A stretch of 32,000 bases of DNA from Nitrosococcus oceani ATCC 19707 (GTDB lineage: Bacteria > Pseudomonadota > Gammaproteobacteria > Nitrosococcales > Nitrosococcaceae), in the NCBI RefSeq assembly GCF_000012805.1, contig NC_007484.1, positions 2,250,001-2,282,000 of the forward strand. The letters are read 5' to 3'. The stretch's first letter is position 1. Each line of letters starts with the position of its first letter. Below are positions 7,132 through 14,635 of this stretch, piece by piece. A program made the translations under genes and the position numbers. The notes under the pieces were generated by a model, which ran no database searches, had not been told where the DNA came from, and was given only the letters and a program-made list of their open reading frames with translations.

Positions 7132-9414
7132 TCAACTGCCCGGCCAGCAGAGAGAGAGCCCATCCAAGGTACCATGGGGATTCTCCAGAACCGCACCTGA
7201 ATGCCGGAGCTCAAGGACCGGTGTCCTTGCTGGGGCTCGCAAGGACAAGCCCATTGCCTCACCCTGCAATGACTGGCCTTCGAGCCAGCGCAGTATCGTC
7301 GGCACTCCAGCGATGGTCCGTAACCATAGCCAGACACCCTCAAAGCGAATGCCCCACGCCTCTATCCCCGGTGACGCTTCTTGCGGTCCTAGAAAAAGGT
7401 AATCCATCCGTTCGCCACAGGTAATTCGGAAAGCCAACCCGCCCTGGTGGCCCTGCATTCTCTGGAGCGAAACGGTCTCTGTTGGTTTTCTACCTGCTGC
7501 CAGCAAAAAGGCCGTTAATTCACGGTTTCCCTCACATTTTGTTCTTATCTGAGGGGCCGCCTCTAAGTGGCCATAGTGAGGTGATACCCACCCTCCCAAA
7601 GGAGCCAAACTGCCTTCAAGAACCTGGGGGGGGGTTAAACCCTCGCTAAAAGTGATGCCCAGCGACTCTTCATTCGTAACCACACAAATCTCATGGGGCG
7701 ATCTCCTTTCGACCTTTGCTCCCGGCACCCATTGTAGCCCGAAACTCGCCGCATCGGAGGAGATACCTTCCGGCAATTGGTCATAAACGAGCCAATATTC
7801 GCCGAGTACGTGGACTACCCCTCGGCAATAACTATCATAGGCGTTCTGGCTTTCGATTCTTCCCTCAACCCAAGCTCCTACAGCACCCGCAGTTAGGCGT
7901 GTCGTGGCTACCCGAGCGGCCACTTCCCGATCTCGGAAATCCCGCTTAAGAGAACCCAGCGGGTCGACACCCCGAATAGATAAACCGTTATGGGCTTCAG
8001 GTCCGGCAAAGTAAGCGCGCCACCGGGGAGAATCGGGCGGCCATCGTTCCGCCTGTGTCCGATAAGTATAAGTTCCTCCATCAACTACCATGGGATTTCC
8101 AGCCACACTAACATAGATGCCTAACAGATCTGCATGCATATGCCCCCCCATAAGCAACTTGCCAGTTGCTGGTCCGGTACGAAAAACTAGGCGAGTACCC
8201 TCATCAGGCTCAGAGAAAACAAAAAACCCGCCTACGGGGTAAGACTTAAAGCGCGGAGATCTTTTCAGTTCTACAGGCGAAGAAGCAAGCTCGCCGCCTA
8301 GCAGCCAAAACGCACGCTCAGCCGCTGAATCTTCATAAGGCGAGGGAGAAAGGCTAGAGTCAAAAAGCGCTCGATATAGCTCTCGAATAGCCGCACATCC
8401 CCACCCCTCTCCAATATCTAAGGGAAAAAGAGGGTCCTCCGTTCCATTGCCAATCGCTAACGGCGTTGTTTTTGGCCCGCTTAAATCTATCTGGAATGCC
8501 AACATCCGTTTCAATCGCTCCAGTATCCAATCTGGTACGGGGCGGTTATTCCGCCGACTCAAGATTACATAGGCGGCGGTCATTTCACAGGTATATTCTT
8601 GATAGTGAGTCGAATGCTCAAAACCCGTCCCGTCCTCATAAATCTGCCGGGCCAGTTCACGCAACCATAAGGACTCATAGCGTTCTAGCCATCCCCGCTC
8701 TTCGATAAATTCTGGAAACAAAAGCCCTATATACCAGCCCGCAAAGTTATCCAAAAGAAGATGGTTATTGGGGTAAGAATTTCCGAGACGGGGCGCTAAA
8801 AACCGCGCATCCGCATACAAAATCTTTAGCACGGCATGCTCCACAGCAGAGCAGCGACCCGAGTAGCTCGCATCGCCTCGCTTCGCAATCAGGAAAGCCA
8901 ACGCCCAGGAAAGAGCAATGAAGCGCTGAATAACGACAAGGTTACTGAGATAGGGGAGTTTTGAGCATCCAGCGCTAGCTACCTGCATCCAGCCCTCAAG
9001 GGTTGCAGCCAGTATAAATTCTAGCGGCGCACCATAAAGAATGGCTAAAGCCAAGCGTGGCGCAAAGGCAAAACGATGGGGCCGCGCGGCATAAAGCGCA
9101 TCCTCCCCTGGCCCATTGGTAAGCGAGTTCCATGGAAATGCTTTTCCAAGAAGATCCCCGCGTCGGCCATACGTTATAAGACCAGTGCTGCAATCCGAAT
9201 AGGCACGTTCAAGAAGCCGTCCCCGCCACTGGGGCCGCTCAGCCGCCACTTGCTCCGCAGCCGCCCTGAGTGAAACTGGATCTGCAAAAAACGCGGGCTC
9301 AGCGTCTATCCCTACCTTCCTCTCAATGACCCTAGAAGCGCTGAAGGTTGGGCAATAAGGAACGGCAGATTCTCGCCCAAACCAACTGCGAAAACGTGAC
9401 GAAACTGATTTCAT
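7132..9414 (-). CDS. Heparinase II/III-like (alginate-lyase-like N-domain plus Hepar_II_III C-domain) protein without a signal peptide
   Basis: 760-aa ORF with ATG start. Motifs are RPHRFAFAPRLALA, SYPNNHLLLDNFAGW, GGHMHADLLGIYV and GPEAHNGLSI. The N-terminus MKSVSSRFRSWFGRESAV has no hydrophobic h-region. Confidence 0.75.
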   Translation of the reverse strand: MKSVSSRFRSWFGRESAVPYCPTFSASRVIERKVGIDAEPAFFADPVSLRAAAEQVAAERPQWRGRLLERAYSDCSTGLITYGRRGDLLGKAFPWNSLTNGPGEDALYAARPHRFAFAPRLALAILYGAPLEFILAATLEGWMQVASAGCSKLPYLSNLVVIQRFIALSWALAFLIAKRGDASYSGRCSAVEHAVLKILYADARFLAPRLGNSYPNNHLLLDNFAGWYIGLLFPEFIEERGWLERYESLWLRELARQIYEDGTGFEHSTHYQEYTCEMTAAYVILSRRNNRPVPDWILERLKRMLAFQIDLSGPKTTPLAIGNGTEDPLFPLDIGEGWGCAAIRELYRALFDSSLSPSPYEDSAAERAFWLLGGELASSPVELKRSPRFKSYPVGGFFVFSEPDEGTRLVFRTGPATGKLLMGGHMHADLLGIYVSVAGNPMVVDGGTYTYRTQAERWPPDSPRWRAYFAGPEAHNGLSIRGVDPLGSLKRDFRDREVAARVATTRLTAGAVGAWVEGRIESQNAYDSYCRGVVHVLGEYWLVYDQLPEGISSDAASFGLQWVPGAKVERRSPHEICVVTNEESLGITFSEGLTPPQVLEGSLAPLGGWVSPHYGHLEAAPQIRTKCEGNRELTAFLLAAGRKPTETVSLQRMQGHQGGLAFRITCGERMDYLFLGPQEASPGIEAWGIRFEGVWLWLRTIAGVPTILRWLEGQSLQGEAMGLSLRAPARTPVLELRHSGAVLENPHGTLDGLSLCWPGS

Positions 9415-9501
9415 TAGGCAAAAATCTTAAAACTTCAATGGGAGCTATTAAGGAGAAATGCCACTCTCCCTTGATCGGATAAATCGTCCACCAAGGTTTC
9501 T

Positions 9502-10626
9502 CTATTTGCTAGGGCGAGCGTTCTTACGCGCTTCAGCGGAAAGCGGCTGCCGATCAGGCTGATAAAGCCATACATTGTCATCCACATTGTTAATGGCAAC
9601 GAACACATCGTTCTTTGGAGCATAGCGCCAACGCCCAAAAGTGCCGGCAGAACTCTTATTAGGGGTTGGCCCCTCGCCACTAGGTATATCAACCCTCCAG
9701 GTAAGTTTAGCAGGATCAAGGATATAGACCTCATTTGTCTGAGCACCGCGACACTTAGGGGCTCTGCCACACCAGGCGACGATTTGATCCCCGACGGGAT
9801 CATAGGCGACACCAGGAGAACGGGTGTTGACAATTGCATCACCCCCCTTAGTGGGAATAGCCGCCAGCGTAAAAGGAGGGTGAAGGAGAAGTGTATTGAC
9901 GGTTCCATCACCCACAAACCAAATCTGGTGGCGCTTAGTATCCAACGTGCCAGTTCTAAAGAGCATATCTAAGTCGATCCCCGAAATTTTTTTCGTCCAC
10001 TTGTTAGTAAAAAAATTAAAACTGAATAATGCCTGTTGTACTCTTGAACTATTTTTAGCATAAACCTCTCGACTTTCTGGGTCATAAATAATCTGCACAT
10101 AATTATCTCCCACCGGGCTAGTACGCTTTTTTAACTTCCAGCTTCTAGTAATAGGATTAAAGGTCCAACTATCCTGAAGAGTGCCCCCATTCCAACAAGA
10201 AGTTCCTCCCCCAAATAAGAAGAGCTCACTAAGATGGTCAATCCAAGCCAAATGGTTATAGGTATGCCTAGCGGTCGGTGTAAGTCCTCCGTCCCAAGTA
10301 CTGTAGCAAACGGTCTTGGCATCAGCTGTGGGTATGGTTGGGTCCGTCAAGCGAGTCCACTTTTCAGTATCAAGGTCGAACGCATAGAGCTCATTACCAT
10401 AATACCCGCCATGGCCACCTCCCATAAGAAGCATCCGGTTGCCCACCGGATCGAAGGCTCCTCCAGACCAACTTTCAATAACTGCTGCGCAGTCTTTCGT
10501 CGAAGGCTTAACCAACTCACTTGGGCAAACCTGCCGCATATGGCTATCGGGGATCTCTATCCAAGTTCCTGCCTGCGTGGCAAAACCCATCAACATCAAA
10601 GTAGCATAGATGGAAAGGCGGTACAT
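9502..10626 (-). CDS. Secreted Kelch-like beta-propeller protein
   Basis: 374-aa ORF. ATG follows AGGGAG plus a 5-nt spacer. The signal peptide is MYRLSIYATLMLMGFATQA|G. Kelch-type blades recur: LLMGGGHGGYYGNELYAFDLDTEKWTRL and LFLFGGGTSCWNGGTLQDSWTFNPITRSWKL. Confidence 0.7.
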   Translation of the reverse strand: MYRLSIYATLMLMGFATQAGTWIEIPDSHMRQVCPSELVKPSTKDCAAVIESWSGGAFDPVGNRMLLMGGGHGGYYGNELYAFDLDTEKWTRLTDPTIPTADAKTVCYSTWDGGLTPTARHTYNHLAWIDHLSELFLFGGGTSCWNGGTLQDSWTFNPITRSWKLKKRTSPVGDNYVQIIYDPESREVYAKNSSRVQQALFSFNFFTNKWTKKISGIDLDMLFRTGTLDTKRHQIWFVGDGTVNTLLLHPPFTLAAIPTKGGDAIVNTRSPGVAYDPVGDQIVAWCGRAPKCRGAQTNEVYILDPAKLTWRVDIPSGEGPTPNKSSAGTFGRWRYAPKNDVFVAINNVDDNVWLYQPDRQPLSAEARKNARPSK

Positions 10627-10813
10627 ATTGTCTCCCTAATTAATAAGGACAATGATAAGATATTAAATGACTATGCATTCGCCTAAACTATGAGTGAATA
10701 GACTCCTAAATGTTACTCGCCAACCTGCCAAACCTATGAACATAACCTACTGGCAAATCCAGAAAAACCCACAAATTGCGAATACAACTAACCCAAGCTT
10801 AGATTTGCCATAA

Positions 10814-12175
10814 TTATGAATGTAAAGTCACATGGCTGACCACATAACGAAATTTCCCTGATCGTTCAGGCGGTATCTCTGCAACTGGTTCAACATTCAC
10901 ACGGACTCCCTTCCCCAGCCGATCTTGAAAATCCCGCCGAATGCCATCTTCAACGGCACGGCTATACCCACCATTAACAGGCACCAACAATACCCGCATT
11001 TCGGTCTTACTTTCTTGGATGATCTTGAACGATTCGATTCCCGGCAAATCGCGCAAGACATAAATCAGCGCAAGCCCATGCATTACCGTGCCATCCGCTG
11101 CTACGATAAAGTCTGTCGTTCGTCCCTGGATTTCTTTAAGTACTGGTAGGGAGCGCCCACAACCACACAACTGGTCGTCAAAAACCGCTACATCACCAGT
11201 GCGATAGCGAATAAAGGGAAATTCTTTAGTAGCAAGATGAGTAATCACTACCTCACCGGGCTCCCCTGCCGCTACCAATTTCCCCGCTTGATCAACCAAT
11301 TCCACCACAATGTCCTCTGCCGTAATGTGTAAGCTGCCCTCCGGGCACTGATGGGCAACAAAACCTGCATCACGCCCGCCATAGCCGTTAGCGACTCGAC
11401 ATCCAAAGGTAGACTCGATATCACTATATTGATCCTCATAGAGGCGTTCCGCAGTAACAAAGGCAACCTGTACCCCAAGATCGTTCATGGACCCGCCCCG
11501 CTTTTGCACATGACGTGCAATGTGAGCAATGGCACTTGGATAGCCAAATAACATCTTTGGGCGCAAGCGCCGGATCTCAGCGATAAAATAGTCGAGGTTG
11601 CGCTCGGACATATCAAATGCTGACAATAGACGAGTCCGCAAAAGATGATCACGCCACTCTCGCAAACGGTTCTGAGCCCCAAGCTCTACCGGCGACCCCC
11701 ACACCACTACCTCAGGATCGCCGATATCGACTCCCCACCAGCGGGTTGCCCGCCATTTAGCAGCCACATCGTGACCTACCCGCTCTTTACCTAAATAGAA
11801 AATCAAAGGCTCACCTGTAGAACCACCCGTATTAAAGCGTACAAGAGAGCTAGCATTGTCCGCTTTGAGAACATCCATATTCGCCCGTATTAGATCCTTA
11901 GTAAGAAACGGCAGCTTTGGCAAATCCTCTGGAGAACGAATGTCATTGGGACCGATCCCCGCTTCTGCAAACAGTTTCCGATAGTAAGGCACTTGTTGAG
12001 AAGCAAACTTAATTAATCTTCGCAGGCGTGCTGCCTGAAATTCCGCCAGGCGATCTGCCGACCACCACTGGCTGGTTTCAAGTTGACGTAAAATCCGAAC
12101 CGTCCCATGCCCCTTAATGTACTCGTGGAGTGGAAAAATAAATCTTGAAATAAAATGGGTGGCAAGAGTCGTCAC
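10814..12175 (-). CDS. PaaK/CapK-like adenylate-forming enzyme (phenylacetate-CoA ligase / F390 synthetase family)
   Basis: 453-aa ORF. The GTG start overlaps the upstream TGA as GTGA at 12172-12175. Motifs are FNTGGSTGEPLIFY, FIRYRTGDV and the C-terminal ERSGKFRYV catalytic-Lys box. Confidence 0.8.
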   Translation of the reverse strand: MTTLATHFISRFIFPLHEYIKGHGTVRILRQLETSQWWSADRLAEFQAARLRRLIKFASQQVPYYRKLFAEAGIGPNDIRSPEDLPKLPFLTKDLIRANMDVLKADNASSLVRFNTGGSTGEPLIFYLGKERVGHDVAAKWRATRWWGVDIGDPEVVVWGSPVELGAQNRLREWRDHLLRTRLLSAFDMSERNLDYFIAEIRRLRPKMLFGYPSAIAHIARHVQKRGGSMNDLGVQVAFVTAERLYEDQYSDIESTFGCRVANGYGGRDAGFVAHQCPEGSLHITAEDIVVELVDQAGKLVAAGEPGEVVITHLATKEFPFIRYRTGDVAVFDDQLCGCGRSLPVLKEIQGRTTDFIVAADGTVMHGLALIYVLRDLPGIESFKIIQESKTEMRVLLVPVNGGYSRAVEDGIRRDFQDRLGKGVRVNVEPVAEIPPERSGKFRYVVSHVTLHS

Positions 12176-13428
12176 GAACGAAACTCCTTGGACACCGGCT
12201 TTACCCTTGTTCCTATCTTGTTCCCATCAACAAGTGCCTCAAATTCCTGAACCAATACTTCAACCCGGTAATCCCAATGGTTCTCACAGGCATGCTTCCG
12301 TATTGCCGCCCGATCCCAAGAATGAGAAAGCGCCTCGCGCAAAGCCGCTTCTAAAGCTTTTGGATCACCAAAAGGTACCACTGTACCCAGCTGGATATCG
12401 GAAACAACCTCGCGGTTTCCACCCACCTCAGTGGTAATTACCGGAAGCCCGCATGCCATTGCTTCTAGAAATACATTGGCCCAGCCTTCGTTACGGGTCG
12501 CTAGTACAAAAACATCCGCAGCTGAAAGAGGCCACTTAAGCTGCTGGGAAGGCAAAGCCCCAAGAAAATGCACGGATTCCCCCAACCCAAGGCTCTGAAC
12601 CTGACGCCGAAGCTGTTCACTCATATCTCCCTCGGGCCCAGATCCACCAATAATGAGATAATGCAGATCCGGAAATTGCTCTCTAAGCGCTGGTAATACC
12701 TCAATAACTCGATGGAAACCTTTGCGCTCAACAAGTCCACCCACAGAAATAAGAACCGGTCCCTCTGAAGGTAATTTAAAACGGCGGCGAGCTTCTACTC
12801 TGGATACAGGGGTAAATTTTTCTGTATCTACTCCATTACCCACAACCCGTATTTTTTGAGAATCGGCCCCTAAGCCGATCACATGGCACTTCAAAGAAGC
12901 AGCGACAGCAAATACGCGTGTCGCGCCTGCAAGTCCTTTGAGCATCAAACGGCGACGAAAAGGGAATCGGGCAATGGGTACCTCCGTGCCCCGGAGAGTG
13001 ATAGTCACTGGCACCCCAAACCAGCGTCCAAGGAGTGTCGCAGCGTACCCCTCAGGGTAGGCAAAATGGGCATCAATGAGACTGAAACGATGACGCAATT
13101 GCCATAAAGTGGGGACGACAGCAAACGCTAGGGACCATCCGTCGAGCCATTTAAAAAAACCAGGAACCGAAAGAAACCGGGGCCGGTAAATTTCTACTCC
13201 GTCCTGAATTTCTCGCCGCGGTGCTGGCGGGCGGAAGTGGGGTCGCAGGCGACGTAAAAAACTCTGACCAGGAAACCACGGGGTGGGCGCGACCACGACC
13301 AAAGGTAAGTGCCTTCCTACCCGGAACATCCTCTCGCGGATAAAAAGCCCAGCACTTGGCTGTCCCTCATGAGGGAAGAGAGTGCTAATAACGAGTAATT
13401 GGGGCTGGTTTTTTTTCACTATCTGCAT
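12172..13428 (-). CDS. GT4-family glycosyltransferase
   Basis: The track ORF extends to 13635, but that would overlap the upstream gene by 250 nt. The ATG at 13428 (MQIVKKNQPQLLVISTLFP...) is the more plausible start, and it remains uncertain. The EX7E region is EGWANVFLEAMACGLPVITTEVGGNREVV. Confidence 0.8.
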   Translation of the reverse strand: MQIVKKNQPQLLVISTLFPHEGQPSAGLFIRERMFRVGRHLPLVVVAPTPWFPGQSFLRRLRPHFRPPAPRREIQDGVEIYRPRFLSVPGFFKWLDGWSLAFAVVPTLWQLRHRFSLIDAHFAYPEGYAATLLGRWFGVPVTITLRGTEVPIARFPFRRRLMLKGLAGATRVFAVAASLKCHVIGLGADSQKIRVVGNGVDTEKFTPVSRVEARRRFKLPSEGPVLISVGGLVERKGFHRVIEVLPALREQFPDLHYLIIGGSGPEGDMSEQLRRQVQSLGLGESVHFLGALPSQQLKWPLSAADVFVLATRNEGWANVFLEAMACGLPVITTEVGGNREVVSDIQLGTVVPFGDPKALEAALREALSHSWDRAAIRKHACENHWDYRVEVLVQEFEALVDGNKIGTRVKPVSKEFRS

Positions 13429-14635
13429 GCCCGTCGATGACGGTGTCATAAACTTGCTGATAACCACTAACGCTCCGTGCCCAGGTGCGCTCTTGCTCGA
13501 CAAACCGGCGGGCGGCCTTACGTATCTCCGACCAATCATTGCGGCGCTGAATAATACTGAGAAGAGATCCCGCCAAAATTTCTGGATTCCCTGGTGAAAA
13601 TAGAAATCCTGTTTTCCCTTCCTGGATAAGTTCACAATGGCCGCCCACCTTAGAGGCTGCTACTATCCGCCCTCGGGCCATGGCTTCTAGGGGTTTAAGG
13701 GGAGTCACCAACTCGGTGAGCCGCATCGGTAATCGCGGATAGACGAATATATCTACCAAATCATAGTAACGTGTCACTTCTTCATGGGAAACCCGGCCTG
13801 TAAATACTATCTGGCGAGTTATTCCCAATTCTTGAGCTAACGCCCGCAGATCCTCCGCCTCCGGACCCCCACCCACCAAGAGCAAACGCGCCTCGGGCGC
13901 TGCGCGCAGCAGCGCCGGCATCGCTCGAACTAAAAGGCTTAAACCTTCGTAGGCATAAAAAGATCCTATGAAACCCAATACGGGCCCCTTCCCCAATCCC
14001 AAGGAATGGGCAAATACTGGATCGGGACGGCTTGCTCCCACTGAAAAGCGTTCAATATCAACGCCGTTCGGGATAATAGTCACCTTATCCGCCGGGACGC
14101 CGCGAGCAAGAATGTCACGGCGTAACCCTCCGCACAACACTGTAATGGCATCAGCGCGCTGAAATACATACGTTTCTAGCCCACGACTCAAACGGTAACG
14201 AATTCCTCCCCGGGTACTCGTTCCATGATCCACTGCGGCATCCTCCCAAAAAGCCCGGCACTCATAGACCACAGGTAAACCAGCGCACCGTCCAGCGCGC
14301 AGCGCGGCTAAGCCATTTAGGGCAGGAGAGTGAGCATGCAAGATATCAGGTTGCTCACGTTGAATTACTTCTGCAAGCCGGCGCTCAAGACTGCGAACCA
14401 CAGCTAATTGGCTGAATGCTGAAAGCTGTCCAGCGAGTTCTCCCCCAGGCAAGGTTCTATGGAAGCGGAATTCTTCTAGGATCTCTTCTTTAGCAGGGGC
14501 TTTGCCATGCTTGGCGCCCGTTACTTGGGCAGTTTCCCAGCCGAAAGCTCGTTGCTGCTTGAGGATTGCCCAAGTGCGAAAAGTATAGCCGCTCTGGAGA
14601 GGCAATGAGTGATCGAGCACATGAAGGATTTTCAC
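13385..14635 (-). CDS. GT4 glycosyltransferase of the exosortase A-associated type (recalled as TIGR04063-like)
   Basis: GTG at 14635-14633 overlaps the TGA of the upstream gene as GTGA, with GGAG 11 nt upstream. The N-terminus is VKILHVLDHSLPLQSGYTFRT, and the sequence contains PLKPLEAMARGRIVAASKVGGHCELI. Confidence 0.8.
   Translation of the reverse strand: MKILHVLDHSLPLQSGYTFRTWAILKQQRAFGWETAQVTGAKHGKAPAKEEILEEFRFHRTLPGGELAGQLSAFSQLAVVRSLERRLAEVIQREQPDILHAHSPALNGLAALRAGRCAGLPVVYECRAFWEDAAVDHGTSTRGGIRYRLSRGLETYVFQRADAITVLCGGLRRDILARGVPADKVTIIPNGVDIERFSVGASRPDPVFAHSLGLGKGPVLGFIGSFYAYEGLSLLVRAMPALLRAAPEARLLLVGGGPEAEDLRALAQELGITRQIVFTGRVSHEEVTRYYDLVDIFVYPRLPMRLTELVTPLKPLEAMARGRIVAASKVGGHCELIQEGKTGFLFSPGNPEILAGSLLSIIQRRNDWSEIRKAARRFVEQERTWARSVSGYQQVYDTVIDGHADSEKKPAPITRY

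Noticed and set aside
7065-7424. ORFs 7065..7343 (minus) and 7104..7424 (plus) near the heparinase-like gene 3' end
   Set aside because: They overlap the well-supported 760-aa ORF, are Arg/Ser/Pro-rich shadow translations of GC-rich coding DNA, and have no start context.
9435-9917. 160-aa minus-strand ORF
   Set aside because: It lies almost entirely inside the Kelch-like gene in another frame. Its product is hydrophobic and motif-free, so it is probably spurious.
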